Positions 51,104-64,000 of a stretch of 64,000 nucleotides of DNA are shown piece by piece. This DNA comes from Octopus sinensis (Eukaryota): positions 43,648,001-43,712,000 of the forward strand of contig NC_043005.1 in assembly GCF_006345805.1 (NCBI RefSeq). The letters run 5' to 3'. The position numbers and the translations under genes are program-made. Within the stretch, counting starts at the first letter, position 1. Each line of letters opens with the position of its first letter. The notes below the pieces were generated by a model. It saw only the letters and a program-made list of their open reading frames with translations, did not search any database and was not told the origin of the DNA.

Positions 51104-52649
51104 TATATATATATATATATAATCACGTGGAGAGGAGTGTTACACTCATGATCACGAGGTCGAGTTTTCTATTCCCAAGCTGGCAGCATATTGCGTTCTT
51201 GAGCAAACCACTTCATTTTACATTGCTCCATTTCACTCAGCTGTAAATGGATAACCCTGCAATGGACTAGCTCGCCTAACCAGCCGGGTGCCATCATTCA
51301 GAAGCTAAAACGATGCAAGGTGCATTATGATGAGCAAGATAAAATGACATCTGATAGTCTGGTCTATCACGTGATATATTTACACGCATGCACATATACA
51401 TACACACACATATATACATACATATATACACACATACATACATACATGAATACACACACACACACACATACACGCACAAACATACAAACATGCATACATA
51501 CATACATACATATATACATACATAAATACATACACACATACATATGTTGAACTGTTCATACCAACACATTTTCTTTCTTTTTTCCATATTTTACATCTCA
51601 GTCCTTTCAGTTGAAGAGCGTAAGCTTGAAACATCAAAGACTATTCCATTTTTCCCAAGCATCAAACTAATACACCTGCTTGCTGTTCTATCACCTGCCT
51701 TTGTCTTTTGTTTTCTGTAAATTTGAACCATACATACATGCATACATGCATACATACATACATACATACATACATACATACATACATACATACATACATA
51801 CATACATACATACATACATACACGCATGCATGCATGCCTGCATACACACAGTGAGAACCGTTCTAGTTAATGGAGATTCCGGTGGTCATTGAAAGTAGCA
51901 AGAAACTGACAACAAATTGTTTTTATGGAAAGAAATTTTAAAATAAACTATTGTGTATTTTAATGCATGCTTATTTGTGCAACTAACTGTCATCAAGCAA
52001 TGTCGGCATCACTACCACCACCACCACCACCACACCACCACCACCACCACTACAACCATCATCATCATCATCGTCATCACTATTATCACTTAACATTAGA
52101 AGCTCTTATTTTCTCTTATTTCTTTTTCTAGTTTTCTTTATTTCTCTCTCTCTCTCTCTTCCTCTCTTTTACATAAATGCTAATCTCCTCACTCGCTCTC
52201 TTTCCCTTCCTCTCTCTCTCATTCTGTATCCTTTTCCACTCACTATTATCAAAGCCAGCCTCATCATCATCGCCTCTGCCACCACCACATCCATAATTAG
52301 TAACTGTTTCAATTTTTTATCTTATTTGAATTGCTTCCCTTAGTATGACATAAAAGTAGGCAAGTAGGTAGGATCGTACTATTGTATAATGTGAAATAGA
52401 AATGAATTTCACTTACTTTCAGAGAATAGACTGCCTATTGCAAGAAACCTAAAGTAATATCAGCACTAAAAAAGAAAAAATCAACGAATAATTCAAGCCA
52501 TGAGTGATTAGAAATTTGTTTACTATTACTGTGTTACAGCTTAATGTGAAAGCCTCTATATGACTGCTCGACTAACTAGAAATAACAGCCAATACTTTTA
52601 TATGCCATCTACTGGAAAGAAATATTGAGTAATGTAAACTTAGATATGC

Positions 52650-53000
52650 TATGTCAAAAAAGAGAAAAAAAGGAAGAAAGAAAGAAAGAAAAGACGGAAG
52701 GAAGGAAGACAGAAAGAAAGAAAGAAAGAATGAAAGAAAGAAAGGAAGGAAGAAAGAAAGAAAGAAAGAAAAACAAAAGGAAGAAAGAAAGAAAGGAAGA
52801 ACAAAAAAGAATGAAGGAAAGAAAGAACTAATGAATGAATGAATGAATGAATGAAAGGAATGAAGGAGAAAGGAAAGAATGAATGAATGAATGAAGAAAG
52901 GAAGGAAGGAAGGAAGAAAGACAGAAAGAAAGACAGAAAGAGCAAAAGGAAGGAAGGAAGGAAGGAAGGAAGGAAGGAAGGAAGGAAGACAGAAAAGATG
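52650..53000. repeat. Purine-rich (GAAA/GGAA/GAAT)n tract
   Basis: Seen directly. Confidence 0.9.
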
Positions 53001-54776
53001 AATAGTTTTGGCTTGAAAATCTTTGATCCCAGGTGTACTCAATTAATGCTACTCATACCACTGCTGTTGTTTTCTTCACCTCTGCTATCACCTCCAATTA
53101 CAGTAATGACAGGTATACTAATCTTGTGCCTATTGTCTAATAGCAGAAGAAAGATCAGAATGAGTTTGAAGACATCAAGAACAGTGAAACTGGAGGATCA
53201 ATGTCCTGGCAAGGTTATCTAAGTTGATAAGAATGACATGAAACTATTGACACACAAAAAGGCTATCTTATTTATCATATTTAATAATTATTTTCAGTGG
53301 AGGTTAGTGTCCTTAGGAAGGGTTTAGTAAGCATGCTCTGGATATAGAATAAAGGACCTGCTCATAATTATAGATTGAATCAATGTCTTTTATTAGCTTG
53401 CAGGAGTGGAAGAAGTGCAAGCATTGGTTAGGTGCAGGTATGGCTGTGGCTGTGTGGTTAAGAAGCTTGCATACTAACTAACCATGTGGCCAGGTTCAAT
53501 TCCAATATGTGGCATGTGGGCTTTGTGAATGGATACACTAAGGAAACTAGAAGAAACTGAAAGAAACCAGTTCCAGGTTCCAGGTTCCAGGTTCAGTCCC
53601 ACAGCATGGCTCCTCAAATGAGTGTCTTCTACTATAGCTTCAGGCTGCCCAAAGCCTTATGAATGGATTTGGTAGATAGAAACTGAAAAAAACCCATCGT
53701 GTATATATATTTATATATATATATATATATATAAGTTGACCCCACTGGAATTTGAACTCAGGATGTAAAGATGGTCAAAATGCTGCTAAGTATTTTGCCC
53801 TGCATTCTAATGATTCTGTCAGTTCACTGTCTTATTAATATATATATATATATTACTGTTTGTTTTTATGCTTAGCTGTAACAAAAAACAAAGACCAATT
53901 TTACCTTAATCTGAAGGGTTACACCAATTTTATAAAGTACAAATTTATAATTCTTTGCCACATGAAAAGCACTCATGCCAGTGTTATGTTGTAGCACTTG
54001 TGCTGGTGTCACGCTAAAAGCACCCAGCACACACTGTGAAGTGGTTGGCATTAGGAAGGGCATCAGCTATAGAAACCATGACAAATCAGACTGGAACCCA
54101 GTGCAGCTCTCTGACTGCCAGCTTTAGCCAAACCATCCAACTCATTCTTTCATGTCTTTCAGTCATTTGACTGCAACCATGCTGGAGCACTGCATTAAAG
54201 GGTTTTTAGTCAAAGAAATCGACCCCAGGACTTATTCTTTGTAATCCTAGTACTTATTCTATCATTCTCTTTTGTCAAACTGCTAGATTATGAGGACATA
54301 AACTCACCAGCATCAGCTGTCAAATGATGGTGGGGGTACAAACACACACGCACAAATACATACATATATACATACATACATATAAACATATATATATATA
54401 TATACATACACAAAATATGGGGGTTTAGTTCACAAGTGATCTAAACGACTAGGTATGCTGGGTAAGTGCTGTAATGGATTACTAGGGCTCCAAAGTTATA
54501 GCTGAGACAGTAGATATGGAGCCATTGTAGATTTCCAATATAGTGGATATATTATTGTTAAAGTGGACAACAAACATCAAAGCAAGACAAACAACTCAAG
54601 TCAAATACGTTATTATTATATATGACTTCAGATGTTTGTCTTGCCTTAACATTTGTTGTCCTCTTTGACAATTATATACATACATATACACACACACACA
54701 CACACACACACGCATATATACATATATACATATATACATATATATATAAATATATATACATATATATATATATATG

Positions 54777-54826
<50 letters not shown>

Positions 54827-55079
54827 TGTGTGTGTGTATATATATATATATATCTAGCATGTTGACTGTCCACTTTTCGTGTTCAGTCCTTAATTGGTAT
54901 ATATATATATATTTTTTTTTTTTTCTAGTTTCAGCTCAGAGCTGCGGCCATGCTGATGCACCGCCATTATATATATATATATATAGTAATAATGAAGGGT
55001 GAAATTAATTAATTTGGAATAATTATCAATTACACCAAGTAGTCTTCGGCATGTAAAAGCCTCATTCGAGGAAAATTTA

Positions 55080-55390
55080 AGTAATACTAAGCAATAAAGG
55101 GTTTAGCAACGAATTGCCTTACCACATACCGAATTTAGAAATAGCAGTCAAAGGGTTATAGCTATTTCTTCTACTAAAAAGGGAGATCTCAGTAAAAACA
55201 GCAATTGGAAGGCAGACACAAACAGGCAATTCATTCTCTCTTACCTGTTTGTGTCTGCCTTCCAATTGCTGTTTTTACTGAGATCTCCCTTTTTAGTAGA
55301 AGAAATAGCTATAACCCTTTGACTGCTATTTCTAAATTCGGTATGTGGTAAGGCAATTCGTTGCTAAACCCTTTATTGCTTAGTATTACT
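55080..55390. repeat. Perfect 147-bp inverted repeat with 17-nt spacer
   Basis: 55080-55226 is the exact reverse complement of 55244-55390. Lies in a segment bounded by (TA)n. Confidence 0.95.
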
Positions 55391-55612
55391 ATATATATAT
55401 ATATCATTTGCCATGATAGAATCACTAGCCACTACACATTCTTTATTTTCTCTCTTTATTTGCTCTCCTTGTTTCTTTCTGTGTTCCTTTCTGTGGAAGA
55501 GCGTAGGCTGGAAACGTTAAAGACTTTTTCACTTCCCAAGAGTTAAACTTATACATCTGTTTGTTGTCTACACCACATGTCTTCGTCTTTTGTTTTTTTT
55601 TCATGAATTCTC

Positions 55613-55653
<41 letters not shown>

Positions 55654-56127
55654 GACGGTCTTCTTTCGGTTTCTGTCTACCCAATCCACTCTCAAAGCTT
55701 TGGTCGGCCCAACACTATAGCAGAAGATACCTACCCAAGGTGTCACGCAGTGGGACTGAATCCAGAACCATGTGGTTAGTAAGCAAGCTTCTTACTACAC
55801 AGCCATACTTGTGCCTGTAGCAAAATCGAAAACGGGTGCTAAAGGATGATGATGATGATGATGATGATGTTGAAGGATAGTATTGGCAGTAGCTTCAAGT
55901 TTCACCCAGCTAGGCCATCATCAAACTGTGATGCATTGAGTTAATCTTGGCTTTATATAGTTTCTGTTGAGATGAAATTTTTTTGGTGTTTGTGGGTTTC
56001 AGTTGAATGGTAATTAGATTTTAAGGTGAGTATTGATGGAGAAGTGTCGTGGAGAAATTTTTATTGATTAAATTTGGGGTTATGTTATTGCGCAGAATTT
56101 TTTCATGCTTGTAGAACTTTGTAAACA

Positions 56128-56160
<33 letters not shown>

Positions 56161-56481
56161 GAGGTGTAACAGTTCAGGATGTGGGACTGTCTTTTAGTGG
56201 TTAAGAAGAAGAAAACACACAGGTACGGGAGATTTTGGTCAGCTGATGTATCATTAGTTTTGGCTATTTTTGGTTTTATTGGATTTAATCCTTTGCCTTG
56301 GCAATGTAAAGTTCAAAGTTCATAGTTTAGTCTAGAATTTAAAAACTTGGTAATTGGGTGTTATGTGTGTGTGTGCATGTGTGTGTGTGTGTGTGCATGT
56401 GTGTGTGTGTGTGTGCATGTGTGTGTGTGTGTGTGTGTGTAGTAGTAGTAGTAGTAGTTGCTGCTGCTACTTTCTCATAAA

Positions 56482-56763
56482 TGACAGTCCCATAAAAGGG
56501 AAGAATGCTACTGCTATTTAGCTCTAGGAAACACTGTTTCCTGTTGGATTTGACACATTTCCTGTGTTTCAAAGTGGAGACAAACACATCCACCCAGCAA
56601 AACCAGCATCCAGAGACTAGTTTCAGATGCTGGTTCTGCTGGGTGGGGGTGCTTGTCTCCACTTTGAAGACATTAGGACACAGGAAATGTCTCAAGTCCA
56701 ACAGGAAACGGTGTTTCCCAGGGCTAAATAACAGTAGCCTTCTTCCCTTTTATGGGACTGTCA
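56482..56763. mobile_element. Whole-length palindromic MITE (~282 bp)
   Basis: TGACAGTCCCATAAAAGGGAAGAA... / ...TTCTTCCCTTTTATGGGACTGTCA. Arms pair to the centre. Confidence 0.8.
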
Positions 56764-56909
56764 CATTAAGTTGACAACACGCTATCACTTTATCCTGCTG
56801 CTACTGCATAAATCTCTCAGAGATTTTGAAACATATCATATATACACACACACACACAAACGCAAAGAAAAGGAATGTAGTCAGGATTTTGAGGAAAACT
56901 ATTTACTTG

Positions 56910-57253
56910 GTGCTTTCATCCCTGTCAGGGATTCATCGTGAATGATTTCTTATAGAAAATTCATACCTTTTATCTACATGTGAGTTAGTTGAAAAAAATC
57001 TTGAGTTGAATTTGCTTTCTTGGTTTTTGAGAAAAGGATGTTTTGGGAATGGTTATTTGAGATGTTCTTTGTGAAAATGATGAAAAACATCTCAAATAAC
57101 CATTCCCAAAACATTTTCCTTCCAAACACTGAGAAAATAAATTAAGCACCAGATTTTTTTTTTTCTTTAACTAGCTTACATATATATATAAAAGGAATAA
57201 ATTTTTTTTATAAGAAATCATTCATGAAGTGTCCTTGAAAGGGATGAATGCAC
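56910..57253. mobile_element. Whole-length palindromic MITE (~344 bp, diverged)
   Basis: GTGCTTTCATCCCT / AGGGATGAATGCAC ends. Central TGTTTTGGGAATGGTTATTTGAGATGTT / AACATCTCAAATAACCATTCCCAAAACA. Confidence 0.75.
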
Positions 57254-57509
57254 TAAATAAACAGTTTTATCCAAATTCTGTCTACATTCTTTTTTCTTGA
57301 TATATAAAATCTGCACACCACTTCAAACAACCTATACACAAACAGACACACACACACACATGCATGCATGCACGCACACACATATGCATATACATATGTA
57401 TATATATGCATATATATGCATATGTGTGTGTGTTTGTGTGTGTGCATTTATATATATATAATATCAACAATAATAATAATAAAGATTATTACAAAGTAGC
57501 ATAGCATTA

Positions 57510-57942
57510 CCTTTAATTCTTTCATTGGACACTAAACTCTGCTTGCAAAGACCTGTTGAAGCAAGTGAAATCGAAATCGAATAAAATTCGATGACTGGCA
57601 CCCGTGCTAGTGGTGTGTAACAATGCTGGTAGCATGTGAAAAAACATTCGAGTGAGATCGTTGCCAGTGCTGCTGGACTGGCTTCTATGCAGGTGGCACG
57701 TAAAAAGCACCATTTGAGAGTGGCCGCTGCCAGTACCGCTTGACTAGCTCTCGTGCCGGTGGCACGTAAAAGCACCCACTACACTCTCGGAGTGGTTGGC
57801 ATTAGGAAGAGCATCCAGCTGTAGAAACTCTGCCAGATCAGATTGGAGCCTGGCGCAGCAATCTGGTTCGCCAGTCCTCAGACAAATCGTCCAACCCATG
57901 CTAGCATGGAAAGTGGACGTTAAACAATGATGATCATGATGA
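57510..57942 (+). mobile_element. RTE-tail SINE copy
   Basis: Internal GGCACGTAAAAGCACC repeats and ...CCCATGCTAGCATGGAAAGTGGACGTTAAAC(ATG)n tail. Confidence 0.75.
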
Positions 57943-58127
57943 TATGTACAGCTTCAAATAGACCTACACATGTTTCAACTGCACCGATTAGTAACTGTTG
58001 CAATTGCAACCCTACAATAATACCAGTACAGTTTTGTCAGTGTCTCTACCGAATGTCTTTTGATTCAATCATTAAAACTTTTTCATTTATCTACTCTGAA
58101 TTGTGTGTGTATTTACAGATACACACA

Positions 58128-58177
<50 letters not shown>

Positions 58178-58189
58178 ACACACACACAC

Positions 58190-58620
58190 AGGTGAAGGCG
58201 TGGCTGTGTGGTAAAAAGCTTGCTTCCCAACCACGTGTTTTCAGGTCCAGTCCCATTGCATGACACATTAGGCAAGTGTCTTCTATTATAGCCCCAGGCC
58301 GACCAAAGCCTTGCGAGTGTATTTGGTAAACGGAAACTAAAAGAAGCCCATCATATATATACATATGTGTGTCTATGTGTATGTGTGTTTTGTGCCTGTG
58401 TTTGCCACCCCCACCGCGACCACGTCTATTTGACAAGTGATGCTGGTGTGTTTACATCTCTGTAATTTAGTGGTTAGCAAAAGAGACCAATAGAATAAGA
58501 ATCAGGCTTTGAAAAAAGTAAGTACTGGAATCAATACATTTGGCTAAAAATTCTTCAAAGCAGTGTCCCAGCATGGTCGCAGCCCAGTGTCTGAAACAAG
58601 TAAAAAGAAAACAAAAAGAT
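58190..58620 (+). mobile_element. Major SINE copy
   Basis: Full head, body and tail match. Confidence 0.8.
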
Positions 58621-58820
58621 ATGCATATGTGCGTGTGTGTATATGATATATATATATATAATACACATACACACACACACGCACACACATATATACATAC
58701 ATACATTATATATATATATATATATATATACATAATATACACACACATGCACACACATATATACATATATACATATATACATAATTCCAAAGGAAATCAG
58801 CCATTTTACCTTCGTCAGGC

Positions 58821-58863
<43 letters not shown>

Positions 58864-58993
58864 ATATATATTACATATATTAATAGTAATGGTAAGACAA
58901 CAAAAGAATGAATGAGACCTCAATATTATGTAAATAGAGGAATTTACCTTTTTCTATATATATAGATAATATAGGACATTCAGTAAATTGTCA

Positions 58994-59057
58994 TAATAAT
59001 ACTCAGAGTTTCAAATACCGGGGCAGAGAATTTCTAGGCATTTTTCATCAGTTATTA
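58994..59057 (-). ncRNA. Minimal type-I hammerhead ribozyme
   Basis: Minus strand: TAATAA-CTGATGA-A-AAATGCC...GGTATTT-GAAA-CTC-T-GAG-T-A-TTATTA. Canonical core, GUA triplet, 6-bp stem I. Lies in a (TA)n-bounded segment at ~58870-59160. Confidence 0.85.
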
Positions 59058-59184
59058 AGACAAGAACGCTATAAAAAGAATGCTGAATAAAAGGATGTTA
59101 CTCTAATAGCCATGGAAAAATAAAAGTAAACGATATAAAATATAAAACATATAAAAAATAATATATATATATATATAAACTTAA

Positions 59185-59861
59185 AACTTAGATAAAGTTA
59201 GATATGTTTCAACCAAAGATTGGTCCAGGCCATGTCTAACTTAATAGCACCACCTGATAGGATTATTTGAATCCTGTTTAAGTCAAGTTTTGCTTATGGT
59301 CCATTCAAGTAGTGAGTTTTTGTTGGGTTAGTTGTATCCAATTATGGGTGGCTTATCTGGTATTCCTTGAAGGAATCTATCCAGACTCCGTTTAAGGTTG
59401 ATGGGATCCTTTTCCTCTTTGATCTCTTTCGGGACAATGTTAAATAGGGCAGGGCCTGTTGAGGAAAAGGAATTATGTTGCAGTGTACATGTATGCTGTG
59501 ATCTTGAATTGGGAAGGGGATGTATGACCCTTGGTCCCAGTCTTGGATGAACCTTGAAGCTAATGTTCTGGTGGTTTGGGCAAAGTTGGCGGTATATTCT
59601 CCACATCGTACAAATGATGTACCGCTCACGGCGACGCTGGAGAGAGTAGAGTTTCAAGGCTTTAAGGCGATCCCAATAATCGAGAGCAATTCGTTTAGTG
59701 AGTGCCCTCTGGGGGGATTCAATCCTCGAGATGTTTTGTCTTGTATGGGGAGACAACAGTGGGCAGCAGTATTCGAGGTGTGGCCGTACAAAGGAGGAGA
59801 AAAGTGGTATGATGACACCTTGTTCTCTGGACCGGAAAGTTATATTCAATAATTTTGTCAA
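59185..59861 (-). mobile_element. 5'-truncated CR1/L2-group LINE 3' end
   Basis: LFSSFVRPHLEYCCPLLSP...IESPQRALTKRI..DYWDRLKALKLYSLQRRRERY. 3' UTR with GGTGGTGCT...CATGGCC...TGAAAC. Confidence 0.85.
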
Positions 59862-60406
59862 AAATGGAGAAGAGAAGTTGTTAGAATGTATAAGAGAATT
59901 TTAATTCATGCTGACAATCATTTCATACAGAGATATATATTTAATTGGAGCTAAAATTTCTAATCTCCTTACTCATCTACAGAAACCTTTTTTACTTATA
60001 TTTTCAAATAACTATTATAGCCTTTAGTTGTAGTTAATACCTAACTGGACTCACATCTCTTTTTCTCATAAGGATAAATATGAATCTCCTAGATTCTGTT
60101 CTGCTATTTCCTTTCTCAAGTTCTTTGTAAGAATTTTGTTTTTACTTCTTGCACTGAAGAGTACAGTGATACATAATTAATTAATTTAATTGATTTAATT
60201 TAATTCAATTCAATTATGAATTTGCATTATTTTAAATCTCTGTACAAAACAATCTGCATGAATTAAAATTCTCGTATATATTTTAACAACTTCTCTTTTT
60301 CATTTTTAACTAAATTCTTGACTTTTATGGGCTTTCTTTCCATAAATTCGCAACACATCATATACAAGTATTATTTTCATATTCGCAAATTTACACCTAC
60401 ACACAC

Positions 60407-60451
<45 letters not shown>

Positions 60452-60904
60452 TACATATATGGATGTATAAATATATATCTATATATGTGTGTGTGTGTAG
60501 ATAGATATATAGATAGATATATGCATGTGAGTTTATATATGCTTGTGTCTCCTTGTCTTGACTTTACCTCACAGTTGTAAAGCATTTGTTGTCCCTGTCA
60601 TACAAGCAATGCCATCCATTTCCAGTCTTCTGCAAAAACATGTCTGGCCATGGGGAAATACTGTGTTGCTTGAAATCACATGAGGATCAGTGACAAGAAG
60701 GACATCCAGCCATATAAAATCTTCTTTGATAAGTTCCATCCAATGCATGCAAGCATGGGAAAGAGATCATTAAAATGTTGATGATGAGGATCTGATAACT
60801 GATATCAGATTTGCTTTTGTTTAGATCAAGATCAAACATTAATCAAGCAAGCCTATGATTAAATGTATTCTTGCTGATAACAAGTGATTTGAAAGAGATC
60901 TAGG

Positions 60905-61780
60905 GAGGCATAGCTGTGTGGTGAGAAGTTTGCTTCCCAAACCACATGGATCCAGGTTCAGTCCCACTGCGTGGCATCTTGGTTAAAGTATCTTCTATTA
61001 TAGCCTTGGGCCAACCAAAGCCTTGCGAAAGGATTCGGAAGATGAAAACTGACTGTCATTTGAGTGTGTGTTTGTGCGTGCGTGTGTGGTGTGGTGTGTG
61101 TGTGCGTGTGTGGCGTGGTGTGTATGTGTGTGTGTGTGTGTGTATCTGTGTCTTTGTGTCTGTGGTTGTCCCCCAATACCTATTTCTTTACTACCCACAA
61201 GGGGCTAAGCACAGAGGGGACAAACAAGGACAGACACATGGATTAAGTCGATTACATTGACTCCAGTGCATAACTGGTACTTAGTTAATCGACCCCGAAA
61301 GGATGAAAGGCAAAGTCGACCTCGGTGGTATTTGAACTCAGAATGTAATGGCAGACAAAATACCTATTTCTTTACTACCCATAAGGGGCTAAACACAGAG
61401 GGGACAAACAAGGACAGACACATGGATTAAGTCGATTACATCGACTCCAGTGCGTAACTGGTACTTAGTTAATCGACCCCGAAAGGATGAAAGGCAAAGT
61501 CGACCTCAGTGGAATTTGAACTCAGAATGTAATGGCAGACAAAATACCACTAAGCATTTCGCCCGACGTGTTAACGATTCTGCCAGCTCACCACCTTACT
61601 TGACAACTGGTGTTGGTGTGTCTATGTCCCCATAACTTAACAGTTTGGCAAAAGAGACTGATAGAATAAATATCAGGCTTAAAATACATAAGTACTGGAA
61701 TCAATACATTCAACTAAAAAATTCTTCAAAGCAGTGCTCCAGCATGGCCGCAGTCTAACAAATGAAACAAGAAAATGACT
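60905..61780 (+). mobile_element. Major SINE with nested dimeric Nin-type SINE (61178-61576, minus)
   Basis: Head at 60905 and tail resumes at ~61577 (ACTTGACAACTGGTGTTGG). Confidence 0.75.
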
Positions 61781-62280
61781 AAAGATAAAAAGAGTATTTC
61801 AAGCATGTGTAATTGTGGTTGCTTCCATAAATATGTGACTGCTGGTATAATACTTACGAGAATTTACTTAAAACTGTTAATATATCTGAAGCATCACGAG
61901 CATTTGTAATGAATTGTAATATATTGCAAATAGGTTAATTAATGAGCAATAATTACATTTATGAAATAGTTATTAAATGATATTCATTTGTGGACAGAGC
62001 AAGTGTTAATGATGTGGGACACCCATTTCTGACATTTTGGTTAATAGTTTTAAATCTCCGAGAATGTATTGGCACTTTAATACAACCAAAGCACATTGTT
62101 TAATATATGCATGCTCGTTTATCTAAACAATAAATCATCTTATCATCATCATCATCATCATCATCGTTTTATGTTGACTTTTCCTTGTTTGTATGGAGCT
62201 GACGATATTTGTTGAAGCAGATATTCTTAGATATTCTTCAAGTGGACATTTTTCTTGTCACCAACCCTCACCTGCCAATT

Positions 62281-62503
62281 CCTAGTTAGTTCGCCACCAT
62301 CAATTCACCGAAGGGAAAAGTTCACTGCCATCAATTCACTATGAAGAAAGTTCACCATGAGGAAAGTTCACTGTGAGAAAAGTTTACGAAGAAAATATAT
62401 CCATTAATAGATAAAAACTATTGTTTATTGAAAAACAAAAAAGGCAATGAATTGATGATGGTTAACTTTCCTTGTAGTGAATTGATGATGGTGAATTCAC
62501 CAG
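62281..62503. mobile_element. Foldback-like element with ~15-bp subrepeats in inverted arms
   Basis: CCATCAATTCAC / AAAGTTCAC repeats on the left and GTGAATTGATGATG repeats on the right. Confidence 0.55.
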
Positions 62504-63679
62504 ATAGATCACCTGTCAGATACGTTTTTTGAAAGAATACTGGAAAAGCACAAAATTGCTTGTTTAACAATGATGCTCGTTTACAATGATCATGAGATGT
62601 CTAGACAAGGGTACACACTAGCATATACACTGAACAAAGCCCATTTTGTGAATATATATATATGTGTGTGTGTGTATGTATATATTTGTGTGTTTGTGTT
62701 TACGTCACCATAACTTAGCGGTTCAGCAAAACGAGTTCAATAGAATAAATACTAGGCTTACAAAGAATAAGTACTGGGGTTGATTTGTTCGACTAAAGGT
62801 GGTGCTCCAGCATGGCTGCAGTCAAATAATTGAAACAAATAAAAGAATAAAAGAATATATATATATTTATATATATATATATATGCTTGTGTATATTGCT
62901 CTACAACAATGCATCAAGTTGGGTTCCTTAACTCCAGAGGGTATCTTAATAATTCACTTATTAAGGGTGGATAGAATAAATATCATAACTGAAATATCTA
63001 CAACTCTATGCCTGATAAAATCCTTTAAGGGTGGTGCTACAGCATGACCTCAGTCCAATGACTGAAACCAATAAAGAACAGTGGAATCTCGATGCTTTCA
63101 TACATTTGTCAAACCAACTTTATGCGGCCAGTTTTTGAAGAACATTTATAAAAGTGCAGAATTTGCACAAATCTAAGCAACTTACACCAGCATGAAAAAT
63201 GTTAATATAAAAGAAGTGAAAATAAGATTTAGTTTATGAAACTATCTGAAATTATAAATTTATGAAGGTGGAAAAAAAAAAGAAAAAAAAAAGAAGAAAA
63301 AAAAAAGAAAAAGTCTTTTAAATGAGAGAAGTGAAAAGCCCTTTGAATAAGAACTAGGAAAACAACTGGATCGTTCAATTGAACTGGCAGATCTATATTA
63401 ATGTGTCTGCATGACATTTCAGTCAACTGGAATTTTCAGTAACTTTAGACTTATATTGCAAAATTGTAAAATATTTTCATAGTTTTGTATTTCATTTTAG
63501 TAATATGAGATTATCAAATCACATGCGTACATATGGACACGCTAACACACACAGACATGAACACACACACATAAGCACACATACACATGCACACGGACAT
63601 AGACTCACATATTACAGATATATAATATATATGTATGATTGATATGCATATATGTATATGTGTGTTTGTATATATATAT

Positions 63680-63722
<43 letters not shown>

Positions 63723-63785
63723 GTATATATATAAATATATGTATGTACATATGCATATATGTATGTGTGTATTTATTTATATATA

Positions 63786-63860
<75 letters not shown>

Positions 63861-64000
63861 ATATATATATATATACACACACACACGCACACATATACAT
63901 GTATACATAATCATGCATACATACATATACGAATATACACATCTACATCACATCCACATGTACACACATACACATCACACACTCATACACAGACATAACA

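Noticed and set aside
51601-51645. Hammerhead-like motifs at ~51610, ~55495 and ~42500 (-)
   Set aside because: The cores deviate (TTGAAGA, TGGAAGA, TTGAAAA) and the stems are imperfect. Noted only as degenerate relatives.

Overview
Eukaryotic, AT-rich, microsatellite-saturated DNA made almost entirely of transposable elements. The SINE families and (TA)/(CA)/(GAT)/(TAA) repeats look like an octopus (coleoid cephalopod) genome; this is an inference. No host protein-coding gene could be supported. Main observations: (1) At 12.35-18.5 kb, four Tx1/L1-type non-LTR units sit head-to-tail. They carry ORF1 only (no RT seen) and are stacked at one exact 16-bp site (AAGTAGCTTGCT[A/T]ACC) in the head of the most abundant tRNA-derived SINE. 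They share a covarying 3' pseudoknot (units A-C) and a 5' motif. (2) A Naiad-type Penelope-like element (PLE) at about 4.0-8.1 kb has a GIY-YIG frame that becomes continuous once a solo LTR is removed, except for one UGA at a conserved Cys (possible selenocysteine). (3) Three minimal type-I hammerhead ribozymes. (4) A 1.4-kb internally deleted Mag-like Gypsy element with intact LTRs, PBS, PPT and TSD. (5) Two non-autonomous Helitrons; CR1, RTE and R4/Dong LINE fragments; hAT, piggyBac and Tc1/mariner MITEs; several long palindromes. Coordinates were counted by eye, and the ends of degenerate repeats are approximate.
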